Positions 30,843-40,679 of a stretch of 64,000 nucleotides of DNA are shown one piece after another. The position numbers and the translations under genes were made by a program. The number at the start of each line of letters is the position of its first letter. Within the stretch, counting starts at the first letter, position 1. Source of the DNA: Candidatus Bathyarchaeota archaeon (GTDB taxonomy: Archaea; Thermoproteota; Bathyarchaeia; Bathyarchaeales; Bathycorpusculaceae); assembly GCA_963780185.1 (NCBI GenBank), contig CAWABA010000009.1, positions 64,001 through 128,000 of the forward strand, given 5' to 3'. The notes under the pieces are model-generated. The model saw only the letters and a list, made by a program, of their open reading frames with translations. It searched no databases and was not told where the DNA came from.

Positions 30843-31781
30843 TTGAGCAAAAAAGAAGTCCGAACACAACAGCGCTTAGCTGATAAGTGTCCAGAATGCG
30901 GAAGCGAAAACTTAGTTCACGATTATGACACGGGTGAAACCGTATGTGGCGATTGTGGATTGGTTCTTTACGAACAAATGATGGACAAAGGACCAGAATG
31001 GCGCGCGTTTACACAAGAAGAAAAGGCCTCAAGGAGCCGCGTTGGAGTACCAACATCCTATTCGGTTCACGACAAAGGATTATCCACTGCAATCAGCCAA
31101 GTTGACAGAGATGCATTTGGAAGAAAACTGCCGCTTTCCACAAGGCTACAAATGTGGCGCCTACGAAAATGGCAAATACGAAGCCGCGTCCACTCATCTA
31201 TTGACCGAAACCTTGCACAAGCCATGGCTGAACTCGACAGGCTATCCGACAAAGTATACATTCCCCCTCCAATCAAAGAAAAAGCCGCTGTGGTTTACCG
31301 TAAGGCGTTAGACAAAGGTTTGGTTCGAGGTAGATCAATCGCTGCTATCGCTGCTGCTTCGCTTTATGCTGCTTGCCGTGGAAGCGGAACACCTCGTACA
31401 CTGCGGGAAATTGCTGAAGCGAGCCTTGTTGACAAAAAAGACGTTGCAAGATGCTATCGGTTGCTGCTTCGCGAGCTTGAAGTTCACATGCCTATCGCTG
31501 ACCCATTAACTTACGTGTCGAAAATCGCTGAGAAAACTGGGATTTCAGGTAAAACTCAGGGTGCAGCTATCCAAATTCTCAGGGAAGCTAGGCGTAAGCG
31601 TGCTGCGGCTGGAAAAGACCCGATGGGTTTAGCTGCTGCTGCTTTGTACATTGCTTGTCTGCAGAATAACGAAAAGAAGACTCAGAAAGACATTGCTGAA
31701 GCCGCTGGCGTCACAGAAGTAACTGTTCGAAACCGGTACAAGACCCTTAAGAAACAACTAAATCTTGAGTTGCCCGACTAA
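30843..31781 (+). CDS. tfb: Transcription initiation factor IIB
   Basis: Zn ribbon CPECG...CGDCG, GPEWRAF, GRS, GKDP, TEVTVRNRY. Confidence 0.98.
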   Translation: MSKKEVRTQQRLADKCPECGSENLVHDYDTGETVCGDCGLVLYEQMMDKGPEWRAFTQEEKASRSRVGVPTSYSVHDKGLSTAISQVDRDAFGRKLPLSTRLQMWRLRKWQIRSRVHSSIDRNLAQAMAELDRLSDKVYIPPPIKEKAAVVYRKALDKGLVRGRSIAAIAAASLYAACRGSGTPRTLREIAEASLVDKKDVARCYRLLLRELEVHMPIADPLTYVSKIAEKTGISGKTQGAAIQILREARRKRAAAGKDPMGLAAAALYIACLQNNEKKTQKDIAEAAGVTEVTVRNRYKTLKKQLNLELPD

Positions 31782-31796
31782 AACCCTTGACTTTTG

Positions 31797-32039
31797 TCAA
31801 GCATCAGTTTCTTCTTTTTCTTTTTCGTCTGATGATTTTTTGTCTTCTTCAAGTTCCATGACTACGGTTCCAACGTAACCGCATTCTTCGCAGTAATATT
31901 GTTTCGGTGCTAAGCCGCCTATTGTTAAGCCTGTTGCAAGTTTTATTTTGGGGCTGCCGCAGCATGGGCAAAAAATCATTGTGGGTCTTCGATGTTTTAT
32001 TGATTTGAATACTTCGCGAACGTCATCTAACTTTTTCAT
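31797..32039 (-). CDS. Small Zn-ribbon protein with acidic tail
   Basis: FCPCCGS...YYCEECGY; follows aIF1 on the same strand. Confidence 0.7.
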   Translation of the reverse strand: MKKLDDVREVFKSIKHRRPTMIFCPCCGSPKIKLATGLTIGGLAPKQYYCEECGYVGTVVMELEEDKKSSDEKEKEETDA

Positions 32040-32068
32040 TAATTGCGCCTTTCGTCTTGACCTTGCGT

Positions 32069-32377
32069 TTACTGTACTTCTATGTTTTCCTGTGGATAAC
32101 CCAGCTTCAACAAGAAGTCGCGTATTCTGTCTCGATGATCGCCCTGCAACATAATTTGGCCGTTTTTGCTGGTTCCTCCGCACGCACAATAAGTTTTGAG
32201 TTTTTGAGCGATACTTGCCAAATCAATGTTTTTGTCTTCCATGCCGTCGATTACGGTAGTGGGTCTGCCGAATTTCCGTGTTTCGAGTCTAACGCGTATT
32301 CTCTGTTGCTCTTTCTCTATTTCTCCACAAACGCATAAGTCTTTAGGAAGCCCGCATGTTGTACAAACTTCAGCCAT
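32069..32377 (-). CDS. Translation initiation factor aIF1 (SUI1)
   Basis: CTTCGLPKDLCVC, RKFGRPTTVI, LKTYCACGGT, LQGDHR. Confidence 0.96.
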   Translation of the reverse strand: MAEVCTTCGLPKDLCVCGEIEKEQQRIRVRLETRKFGRPTTVIDGMEDKNIDLASIAQKLKTYCACGGTSKNGQIMLQGDHRDRIRDFLLKLGYPQENIEVQ

Positions 32378-32433
32378 GAATCTCAAAAAAGAATTACAGC
32401 CTTGAAATATATAAGAGTTTCAAGAAAAAAATT

Positions 32434-32650
32434 TAAGTTGCGACTTTTGGTTTGGTGAAAGTTGCGACTTTCCGCCTTGGGTCTTTGTGTTTTGGGTTGC
32501 TTTTTTGGTTTAGGCTTGGCTTCTGCTTGAACATTGCGACTTTGGGATGGGCGGGTTGCGACTTTGTATGTTGACGCTATGTTGGACTTATTGTCGCGTA
32601 TGGGCGCTGCGACTTTCTAGGCGGCAGGTTCGGGTTGCTGGGTTTTGGTC
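32434..32650 (-). repeat. Dispersed non-coding element A, copy 2
   Basis: Five (T)TGCGACTTT motifs at 32438, 32462, 32534, 32556 and 32608; colinear with 878-1077. Confidence 0.85.
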
Positions 32651-32848
32651 TTCCAATCGGGAAGCTCGAAGGTTTCTGTGGGTTGCATCTTTTCGGAGAG
32701 ACTCAGTTGCGATTTGTGTTTGGCTTCTGCTTTGTTCCCATTTGAAGTTGCGGGCCCCGATGAAGGCGAAGAAAAATGAGTAAGCAGCCATCACAACCAG
32801 CGGCGTGGGCGAGGGAAGGTTCATTTTGCCGATGCTTAACCTACTCAG

Positions 32849-33040
32849 TCACCTTAGGGTGCTATCTGCTTTCTTGCGCGGCTTATACAGAACTCCCGCA
32901 ATGAACAAAACAACCCCAACGATGGGTAACACGATCACTGCTACTTGGTGTCTTGCAAAATAAAGGACAAGGCCTACAAGAATTAATATTCCGCCAATTC
33001 CAAGGAGTCGCCCCTTGTTTGTTTGATAATAATCTTTCAT
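32849..33040 (-). CDS. Small 2-TM membrane protein
   Basis: GTGGTGG before ATG; two hydrophobic helices and a basic tail. Confidence 0.7.
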   Translation of the reverse strand: MKDYYQTNKGRLLGIGGILILVGLVLYFARHQVAVIVLPIVGVVLFIAGVLYKPRKKADSTLR

Positions 33041-33186
33041 GTCCACCACTTTTCCCACCTCCCCCTCTTCGCTTCCAACTTAGTTGCTTCCATTTTAGCA
33101 CGCGCTGCCTTGCTCCGATATTTACACCGGAAAAGATTACCGGTTAGTTTGGCTAAATTTCAACCTTTTGCGATAGCGACGCACTT

Positions 33187-33450
33187 TCAGGTTTTTTGAG
33201 CTTCTTTTCCGTCCACGAATAATGTGATAGGCGAGAACGGTCCAGCGCTGATTTCCAAATGATGCTTTTCGGAATTTCCCACGTTCAACTGGAACTTCTT
33301 TGGCAGTGGCTGAAAGTTTGCTTCATTAACGACTTTTTCGCCATCCACTTCTATCTTGATGTATTTTAGAAGCGCGCTCGCATTAACAATAATGGTGTGT
33401 TTTTCAGTCTCTCCTATTTCAAACTTGGCTTTTGTCATTTTTTCAAACAT
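33187..33450 (-). CDS. Small beta-rich protein with internal duplication
   Basis: KF.xG..EKH...I...VDG.K repeated twice; follows the ABC permease. Confidence 0.75.
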   Translation of the reverse strand: MFEKMTKAKFEIGETEKHTIIVNASALLKYIKIEVDGEKVVNEANFQPLPKKFQLNVGNSEKHHLEISAGPFSPITLFVDGKEAQKT

Positions 33451-33466
33451 CCCTCTTCTAACTTTG

Positions 33467-34210
33467 CTACTTCCATTTTGTTAGTATTTCTTCCCTTCGG
33501 AAAGTGGTTGTGCTAACGTAGAACAGCGCCACATCAACCGCTAAAAGTATACCTGAGATGATAAGCAGGCCGTTTATGTCAAGGGTTATTATGCCTATCT
33601 CGCTGGTAAAATATATGCCCAGGAGTGGAAAGAACATAAAAATTCCAAAACTGTTGGCGCTGCGTACATCATTAACTCGCGATGAAACAATGACGCTGAA
33701 CAAAACACTCATAACAATGGCGACCGGCATCAAAACTATGAGCAAAGTGGCGATGTTCCAGTTTGGAAAATAATAGTAGCCAAGCGTATTGAAAGTAACC
33801 TCATCAATGCCCACCATGAAAACTACTGCAGCCGCATACATTGCTACTAAAGTTGGAATAATTGCGGAAATGGCTTTTCCAAGCAATATTTCTCCATCCG
33901 TAAGGGGCGTGGCTAGAAGCGGTTCTAGACTCTTCTCCACTTTCTCCCCCACTATACTGTAGGAGGCAATCCCCAAGGGAACGTACGCTGCTCCTATAAC
34001 TAAAAAGAAAGAAAAGGAGTTAAGCAAATTTGGAAGCACACCCGGCGCTGCGAGTCCGTGGCTCCCCCTTGCCGCTGCATACTCCAGTATCACAGGAAAC
34101 AGGACCGAGATAATAACGGGGAAAATAATAATTGAGGTCCAGACGTTTTTTACCCGCCTAAATATCTTAAAGTCCCTGGCTGCTATTAGCCATGCTTTCG
34201 ATAATCTCAT
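33467..34210 (-). CDS. ABC-2 type permease
   Basis: SIVGEKVEKSLEPLLATP; six TMs. Confidence 0.92.
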   Translation of the reverse strand: MRLSKAWLIAARDFKIFRRVKNVWTSIIIFPVIISVLFPVILEYAAARGSHGLAAPGVLPNLLNSFSFFLVIGAAYVPLGIASYSIVGEKVEKSLEPLLATPLTDGEILLGKAISAIIPTLVAMYAAAVVFMVGIDEVTFNTLGYYYFPNWNIATLLIVLMPVAIVMSVLFSVIVSSRVNDVRSANSFGIFMFFPLLGIYFTSEIGIITLDINGLLIISGILLAVDVALFYVSTTTFRREEILTKWK

Positions 34211-35130
34211 GCTTCTTTCCTCACAAGTTTTAGATAGGTATCTTCCAAAGTTGAGCCAACCACATTGATTGATCGGACATGACCGCCCGCCAACACTATG
34301 GCCTCTACAACTGACGAATTTTCTTTGTCTGGGTCTTCCACGGCAAATGTTATTGTGTCGCCGCCGGTGGACAGGTTTTTGAGCTCCAGTTTTTTCAGTG
34401 CCCCCAAAACCGCATCGTTCACTTGCTGTTCCAACCCGATAACTGTCTTCTTTCCGCCAACGGACTTTTCAAGTTCCTGCGGAGTACCAATTGCCCTAAG
34501 ACCCGTATTCATTATTGCTACCTTGTCGCAGATTCTCTGTGCCTCGTCGAGGTTGTGAGTGTTCAGGAAGATTGTCTTCTTCTCTTTTTTTAGTTGAAGA
34601 ATGAAATCTCGGACTGTTTTCGCAGCCTCAGGATCTAAATTTGCAGTAGGCTCGTCCATGAAAAGGACCTGTGGATCATGGATGAGGGCGCGGGCTATGG
34701 CGAGTTTTTGCTTCATTCCCTTGGAAAAGGTCCCAGCTAAAACGTTTCTCTTATCCCAAAGCCCTAACATCTCAAGAAAACGCTTATTGTTCTCTTTCCT
34801 TTGAGCATCGGAGCAGTCGTATATTTTTCCGTAAAAGTCCAAGTTGTCGTAAGCGGTCAGGTGTTCAGATAGCCCAACATTGTCAGGAACTAAACCGATG
34901 ATTTTGCGGATTTTAATTGAGTCTTCCTTTTTTCCTATGTCATAGCCGCCTATGTTTGCGTTCCCACTAGTTTTTGATATTAGGCAGCAAAGCATTCTGA
35001 TAGTTGTTGTTTTCCCTGCGCCATTCGGGCCGAGGAAACCGAAAACTTCGCCGTCGTTAACATGAAGGGTGAGTTTATCTACAGCAGTTAAATCTCCAAA
35101 TTTTTTGGTGAGGCTCTCAGTATCTATCAA
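34207..35130 (-). CDS. ABC transporter ATP-binding protein
   Basis: GPNGAGKTT, FSKGMKQK, MDEPT. Confidence 0.95.
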   Translation of the reverse strand: MIDTESLTKKFGDLTAVDKLTLHVNDGEVFGFLGPNGAGKTTTIRMLCCLISKTSGNANIGGYDIGKKEDSIKIRKIIGLVPDNVGLSEHLTAYDNLDFYGKIYDCSDAQRKENNKRFLEMLGLWDKRNVLAGTFSKGMKQKLAIARALIHDPQVLFMDEPTANLDPEAAKTVRDFILQLKKEKKTIFLNTHNLDEAQRICDKVAIMNTGLRAIGTPQELEKSVGGKKTVIGLEQQVNDAVLGALKKLELKNLSTGGDTITFAVEDPDKENSSVVEAIVLAGGHVRSINVVGSTLEDTYLKLVRKEA

Positions 35131-35387
35131 TGTGATTACCTTTCAGATGTAATGTTGCCGATTGCCTGCTATTAGAGTTGATGTTTCATAAATAATGTTG
35201 CATAGGTAACCAAATTTGTAATAGAACTTGTTAAGATGGCTGGAGCTGTTTTGTAACTGGCAGTGTTACATTAATTAATTATTTTCTAAGGGCTTAATGG
35301 CAGATGCAGCTAAAACCTTAGTTTGAAACTTGGCGTTGCCGCTGCGAGCGGAATTAGGTCGTGGTAGAAGTTCACATTTTTGCGGAA

Positions 35388-35482
35388 GGGTTTGCTGAGG
35401 CTCTGGCGAATTTCATTTTTTAAGGAAGAAAAAAGAAATCGCTTCTACACATGACTATTAGTGACCAGAGCCTTCTCAGCCC
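35388..35482 (-). repeat. Dispersed hairpin element B, copy 2
   Basis: On the minus strand it reads GGGCTGAGAAGGCTCTGGT...CCAGAGCCTCAGCAAACCC; arms identical to 3845-3952. Confidence 0.88.
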
Positions 35483-35554
35483 GCATTCTTTTTTCTCCGT
35501 TGTTTTTTTGGGGACTAAAAAAGGGGAAAGGGTATTTGTTTTCCCTTTCTGTTT

Positions 35555-38245
35555 TTATGGGTGTTTTCTCGTGACGAGCATTGCTAGAACTGCGCCGATT
35601 ATCACTATCACGACGATGATGGCGACGATGCCGTATTCAAGGGTGGCGTTGGATGCTAAACCTGTGGCTGGTGTTGCGGTTGGTACTGCTGTTGCATGTG
35701 GTGCGCCTGCGTAGAGGTATGTTGAGGCCGTTGAGCCGTAGTATGCATTTGTGCCTGCGAAGACTGCGTAGACGGTGTAGTTGCCGGAAATGTCTGGTGT
35801 CCATGTTAGACCCCAGTCGCCTAATGCGTTGGATGTTGTTGTGCCGATTGATCGGTAGTTGTTGTTGCTGTCTAAGACGTAGACGTTGATTGGTACGCCT
35901 GTCAGGTTGCTTGGCAGTGGCTGCTGCTCATAAGCTGCTTCCATAAGTCCAGTCATGCTGTCGTCGGAGACGCATGGCAGACCATTCGGGAAGTTCGCTG
36001 CAACTACAGGTTGCGAAGCGCCTGCAGAGATGTCTGTGATGCGTCCTGTCAGGGTTATTGGTGCATCTGTGGTTAGGCCTGTTTGGGGTGCGCTGATTGT
36101 TACTTTGGTGGGTCCTTGTGCGTATGCGTAGATTTGTCCGTCGTAACTGTTGAATGTGGTCATGACTCCGTATGCGACTGCGGTTGCTGTGTCGTCAAAG
36201 GCTAAGTTGTGCCAGAGCAGTTTGCCGGTGTTTGCGTCGAAGGCGTCCACTTGTGCTCCGTGGAACAACGGCGGGTCGTATTCATGTCCTTCACTTAGGT
36301 ATAGAACTGTGTCTGAGCCTGTTCCTGCGAGGGCTTCATCGTTGAAGACCCAGAGTGGATAGATTCCGTATGGAGATTCTGTGCCTGCTGGACCGTGAAG
36401 TTGGACGGTGCTCCAAGACCAAATGATTGCGCCGTTGGTCATGTTTACTGCCCACACGTCGCCGCCCAAGCCCCATACATACAGAACACCTGTGTTTGCA
36501 TCTGGTACTGTTGTGAGACCGAATGAGTCGTAGGGGTTCGGCATGTTGCCGTCAGCCATCGGAACATTCAAAGTGCTTTCCCATGCTTTCTTGCCAGTGT
36601 CAGCGTAGAAGCCATTCATATTGTACGAGTTGTAGTTGAGTTCGACGTAGATTCCGTCGCAGCATGTTGGAGTGTTGCTAACTCTTGTGTATGCCGGATA
36701 TAAGAAGGCGGCGTAATTCGAGTCACCAGTAACGTCTGTGCGGTTATAGATCCATTCCATGTGTCCGTCTGCCGTACTGAAGCCTGCTTCAACCTGCCAG
36801 CCTCTTTGTTCGCCTACTGAGACTGTTCCGGTTGTCATAATGATCGTGTTTGCTGACCACCAACTGCTGCTGAATCCGCCGGCTCCGAGTCCACTGACTA
36901 GTGCACCACCAAGAAGTGGATCCATTGGTTTTATCCACATGATTCCGTTCTTCCAGACGTATGCAGTGTTTAACGCGAAGCCATAGTTGAACGCGTTCTG
37001 GTAACCTAACGCTTGACTCATGTTCCAGAGTTCCAAATAAGATCCGTGTGTGGTGGCGTTTAATTGGTAGAGTGTGCTTCCGACGTACATGTTTCCGGTT
37101 GTGCTGTTTGTGAGGTAGCCGATGATGTTTCCATGTGAATCTTCACCAAACCATGTTGGAGCTGAGCCGTTAACGATGGCTACAAGGAATTGCCCTGTTA
37201 GACCGTCGAATATGTTGTATTCGGTGCCTGTGCTGTGCCAGCTAGGTGACATTCCGCCTGTTTGCGAAGCGGGCATCGTACCAGTGGTTACGATGAATGG
37301 ACCGACAACACCGTATTGGTTGATGTTTTCGAAGTCAGTAACCATTCCGCACCTTAGTACGGTGGTTGTGTTGATTACCCAATCTGTGGCTCCTGTGTAC
37401 AGGTTGATGCACATGATTCCTTGTTCGCTGCTTGTGGTTGAAGTGTACCACGTTGTGTATTCTCTTCCGTCGATTATGACTGGGGCATATTTAGGCTCGT
37501 ACTGTGAAGTTGTCCAGTAGCTGCTGAATTGCTCGCTTCCACCAAGTTCTCCGCCTGCAACTCCTCCAGCTAAGTATTCTTTGGTCCAGAGGATGTGCGA
37601 AGTTTTTGGTGCAGTCGTGTATGGGTTGTAGCTGCCTGTGGCGTTGTATTCACCTGTCGCAGCGAATGTGTTTGCTGCGTAGCCCAGCCATGCCCCCGTC
37701 AATTGGGACCATAGTTGGACGTTTTCTGCGTTGACTGGTGTTTGCCAGTAGGTTGTTGGAAACGGTGTGTCTGGTAATCCGCCTCTCGGCTCGGTTGTGA
37801 CAAGAAGTGTCATTTTTTCGCTTGTGCTTGGACCGTTGTAGTATGATGTGTAGCCAGTTTTCAAGTATGGTTGTCCTGCGTAGTCCATCCAGAAGGTGTA
37901 GTTGCCAGTGGCTGCGGGTGTGTATGTGGTCCAGGTTCCGCCAGTTAAGTCAGCCGTGAAGTTGCCCAGTTTCGTTGTTACTCCAGCGGGGGTCGTGACG
38001 TAGACACTCATGTTTGTGGCGTATTCGCTGTCATACATTGGGTTGGCTAGCCAGAAGTTGACTGTGACTTGTTGTCCGACTCCGCATGGGTTCGGGGCAA
38101 CGTTGCAGTAAGAGATGGTGGGGATGACGACTTGTCCTGCGGTCTGTGCGTGTGCGTTCGGTGCTATCATTGTTGATGCGCCCATAATGAAAATCATAAC
38201 GACAGATAGAACTATCGCTAAAAGTTTATTCTTTGTTCTCTTCAT
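35555..38245 (-). CDS. Large cell-surface PQQ-like beta-propeller protein with C-terminal TM anchor
   Basis: 896 aa; signal peptide, Ig-like ends, TG...W propeller repeats, many sequons, PTATP linker plus TM plus RK. Confidence 0.88.
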   Translation of the reverse strand: MKRTKNKLLAIVLSVVMIFIMGASTMIAPNAHAQTAGQVVIPTISYCNVAPNPCGVGQQVTVNFWLANPMYDSEYATNMSVYVTTPAGVTTKLGNFTADLTGGTWTTYTPAATGNYTFWMDYAGQPYLKTGYTSYYNGPSTSEKMTLLVTTEPRGGLPDTPFPTTYWQTPVNAENVQLWSQLTGAWLGYAANTFAATGEYNATGSYNPYTTAPKTSHILWTKEYLAGGVAGGELGGSEQFSSYWTTSQYEPKYAPVIIDGREYTTWYTSTTSSEQGIMCINLYTGATDWVINTTTVLRCGMVTDFENINQYGVVGPFIVTTGTMPASQTGGMSPSWHSTGTEYNIFDGLTGQFLVAIVNGSAPTWFGEDSHGNIIGYLTNSTTGNMYVGSTLYQLNATTHGSYLELWNMSQALGYQNAFNYGFALNTAYVWKNGIMWIKPMDPLLGGALVSGLGAGGFSSSWWSANTIIMTTGTVSVGEQRGWQVEAGFSTADGHMEWIYNRTDVTGDSNYAAFLYPAYTRVSNTPTCCDGIYVELNYNSYNMNGFYADTGKKAWESTLNVPMADGNMPNPYDSFGLTTVPDANTGVLYVWGLGGDVWAVNMTNGAIIWSWSTVQLHGPAGTESPYGIYPLWVFNDEALAGTGSDTVLYLSEGHEYDPPLFHGAQVDAFDANTGKLLWHNLAFDDTATAVAYGVMTTFNSYDGQIYAYAQGPTKVTISAPQTGLTTDAPITLTGRITDISAGASQPVVAANFPNGLPCVSDDSMTGLMEAAYEQQPLPSNLTGVPINVYVLDSNNNYRSIGTTTSNALGDWGLTWTPDISGNYTVYAVFAGTNAYYGSTASTYLYAGAPHATAVPTATPATGLASNATLEYGIVAIIVVIVIIGAVLAMLVTRKHP

Positions 38246-38341
38246 CTTACGTTCTTCCTTAATTTTCTGAGATTGAACTTCAAGCCTGAAACTCTTTGTT
38301 CAATCAGAACTCAGTTTTCAACAGTGTGCATTAATAAGCCT

Positions 38342-38360
38342 CACTCACTTATCGTGAGTG
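38342..38360. promoter_or_regulatory. Palindrome CACTCAC-N5-GTGAGTG upstream of the surface-protein TATA box
   Basis: 7-bp arms; CTTATTAA on the minus strand at 38331-38338. Confidence 0.6.
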
Positions 38361-38531
38361 CAAAGAAATGTTAATCTTTCTTTTGCGTTGCGTTTAAGCT
38401 ACTACTTAATTTTGGACTATTTTTAAAGAATAAATAAGGATTGATATTTTTTTAAAAAACCTTCGCCAAAGCGGAAGTAACTGGGTTGGGTTACAGTAAT
38501 TATTTATTTTCAGTTGGCTTATTGGCTGTTG

Positions 38532-38792
38532 ATGCGTATGGAAAGCGCCGTTGAAAAACTCCAGCATGTAGGCTTAACCGAGTACGAGGCAAAAGCTTAT
38601 TTGCCATTGTTAAACACGCATCTATGCACTGCCACGCAGACCTCAGAGAAATCAGGTGTACCGCGGACAAAGATTTACTCGGTTTTGGAATCGCTTAGCA
38701 ACAAAGGTTGGGTGCGCATTTACTCTGGCGTGCCGCTGCCGTTCAAGGGCTCATTACAGGGAACATTTATTTTGAACTGGAGTTTTAAGTAA
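38532..38792 (+). pseudogene. TrmB-family regulator, N-terminal HTH only (truncated)
   Basis: GLTEYEAKAY...SGVPRTKIYSVLESLSNKGWV...P; similarity ends ~38748 where AT-rich sequence begins. Confidence 0.75.
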
Positions 38793-38795
38793 ATC

Positions 38796-39095
38796 ATGCA
38801 AAAAAGCGAGAAATTAATAAAAGCCTCAATCCTAAGCGTATTTGTTTTTGTTGAATTATTTATTTTGTTGCTCGCTAGTTATAAAATTATCGACTATTTT
38901 AGGAATCTCTTCTTGAGTCTTGCAACGGTTGTTATCGCGCTGGTAATTTTTTTTGCCGTAAGTCGTTACTTTGATGTTCGCAGAAATTCATCCAAAACAA
39001 GGTCCTTAAAATTCAACTCGTGCCAGAGGTTTGGAAAATTCAAGAATATTCTGGAGGCTTTCGAGGGCGGCTGGCGTTACGCGGAAAAATGGTGA
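38796..39095 (+). CDS. AT-rich 2-TM hypothetical ORF
   Basis: 99-aa ORF with two hydrophobic segments and atypical composition. Confidence 0.4.
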   Translation: MQKSEKLIKASILSVFVFVELFILLLASYKIIDYFRNLFLSLATVVIALVIFFAVSRYFDVRRNSSKTRSLKFNSCQRFGKFKNILEAFEGGWRYAEKW

Positions 39096-39100
39096 GGCTT

Positions 39101-39706
39101 ATGGATAAAGTTGACTTGAAGAAGGAACTCAAGGAACTCTACAATCCATCCGCTAAAGAAGTAAGCGTCGTCGATGTTCCAGACATGAATTTCCTCATGA
39201 TTGACGGCGAAGGCGCACCCACTTCACCGCCGTACATAGCGTCGATTCAAACCTTGTACCCGATAGCTTATGCACTCAAATTTATGGTCAAAAAAGGCAA
39301 AGGCGTCGATTACGGCGTGTTGCCGCTTGAGGGGCTATGGTGGGTTGATGACATGACCCAGTTCAGCGCCCAACGTAAGGACACGTGGAAGTGGATAAGC
39401 ATGATTATGCAACCCAAATACGTTACCGCAGCCGACTTTAAAGAGGCAATTGAGCAGGTACGCAAGAAAAAGAGTTTGCCCGCGCTGGATAAGGTGCGGT
39501 TTGAATGTTTCCATGAGGGCAAAGCCGCCCAAATAATGCATATCGGACCTTTCTCGGCAGAGACAGCCAACATTCAAAAAATTCATGCAGCCATCAAAGC
39601 CAGCGGGCACCAGCTAAGCGGCAAACACCAGGAAATCTACTTGAGCAACCCAGCCGCGACAGCGCCAGAAAAACTCAAAACAGTCATACGGCAACCCATG
39701 AAGTAA
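39101..39706 (+). CDS. GyrI-like small-molecule-binding domain protein
   Basis: DLKKELKELY, FLMIDGEG.P, PLEGLWW, HIGPF, HQEIYLS...KLKTVIRQP. Confidence 0.9.
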   Translation: MDKVDLKKELKELYNPSAKEVSVVDVPDMNFLMIDGEGAPTSPPYIASIQTLYPIAYALKFMVKKGKGVDYGVLPLEGLWWVDDMTQFSAQRKDTWKWISMIMQPKYVTAADFKEAIEQVRKKKSLPALDKVRFECFHEGKAAQIMHIGPFSAETANIQKIHAAIKASGHQLSGKHQEIYLSNPAATAPEKLKTVIRQPMK

Positions 39707-39720
39707 CCATTTTCGTGGCT

Positions 39721-40227
39721 CTATTTCATTGTCGATGTTTTCTTTGCCAGCTCAGCAACTTGCAGCCTAAACTTTTCCCTCATCTTAGTGAAGCGCATTG
39801 CTGCGGACGGATGGATAATTTCGATGTATTCTATGCCTTCAACCCGTGGAGTTTCCTTTGCCGATGCGCCTAAAAGCACGATGATCTTTGGTTTTATGAT
39901 GTTGATTTGTGCCGTTAAATATGGTAGGCATGCGGCGACTTCATCAGGGTAGGGTTTGCGGTTTTCTGGGGAAACATGCTTAACGATGTTGGTTATGAAG
40001 ACGTCTTCTCGTTTTAGGCCGTTTTCGGCGAGGGTTTTGGTTAAAAATTTTCCTGCTCTCCCAATGAAAGGTCTGCCTGTTTCGTCTTCGTCGGCTCCGG
40101 GGTTCTGTCCTATCAGCATTATCTTGGCGTTTAAAGGTCCTTCACCTGGGACACCATGCTTTGCTCCCTGCCAAAGCCTGCATTTTTTGCAAGCGTAAAT
40201 TTGATAACTTAACTCTTCTAACGCCAA
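39721..40227 (-). CDS. Uracil-DNA glycosylase, family-4-like
   Basis: CKKCRL, GQNPG..ED.TGRPF.GRAG, TNIVKH, AC, HPSA. Confidence 0.9.
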   Translation of the reverse strand: MALEELSYQIYACKKCRLWQGAKHGVPGEGPLNAKIMLIGQNPGADEDETGRPFIGRAGKFLTKTLAENGLKREDVFITNIVKHVSPENRKPYPDEVAACLPYLTAQINIIKPKIIVLLGASAKETPRVEGIEYIEIIHPSAAMRFTKMREKFRLQVAELAKKTSTMK

Positions 40228-40376
40228 ATGGGTCGCCTTGTTGTCGGCTATTCACAGTCACGCAGGCTTAAAAAATTGCTTTTTGCCTTTAGTTGAGTCC
40301 CTGTTTCTGCTATATAGGAACGAATATAAGGAGTTGTAAGACTAAGATTCCAGACGAATATTTTGAAGGACCCCAA

Positions 40377-40679
40377 ATGACCAACGAAACGTCTGTAACT
40401 GGTTCGCTTATCGGAAGCGCGACGCGTGTGCTTTTACGAGTTGCTTTCGCTTTTGAACCTTTAGCGCCAACGGGTATTACGATTTTGATTAATCAGCAGT
40501 TGCATAAGTTCAAGGAGTCAGGCGCAATCGGCGACTACAAAACCAAAACTAAACGGCTGGGGAAATTCCATTACCGAATTGAAGTCGATTTGGACGTGAC
40601 TGGGATGCAGGCGGTTCATCTTATGAGTAACCTATTTCCAAAGCAATTAAACAGGTTTAGGAGGTGGTTCCATGACTGA
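40377..40679 (+). CDS. Hypothetical protein
   Basis: 100-aa ORF with TATA-like element upstream; overlaps the next start. Confidence 0.65.
   Translation: MTNETSVTGSLIGSATRVLLRVAFAFEPLAPTGITILINQQLHKFKESGAIGDYKTKTKRLGKFHYRIEVDLDVTGMQAVHLMSNLFPKQLNRFRRWFHD

Noticed and set aside
32434-32720. CRISPR array
   Set aside because: Repeats are only ~10 bp with irregular spacing (24, 72, 22, ~51), and there are no cas genes.
39721-40227. UdgX
   Set aside because: Lacks the KRRIH loop and GEQPG motif.
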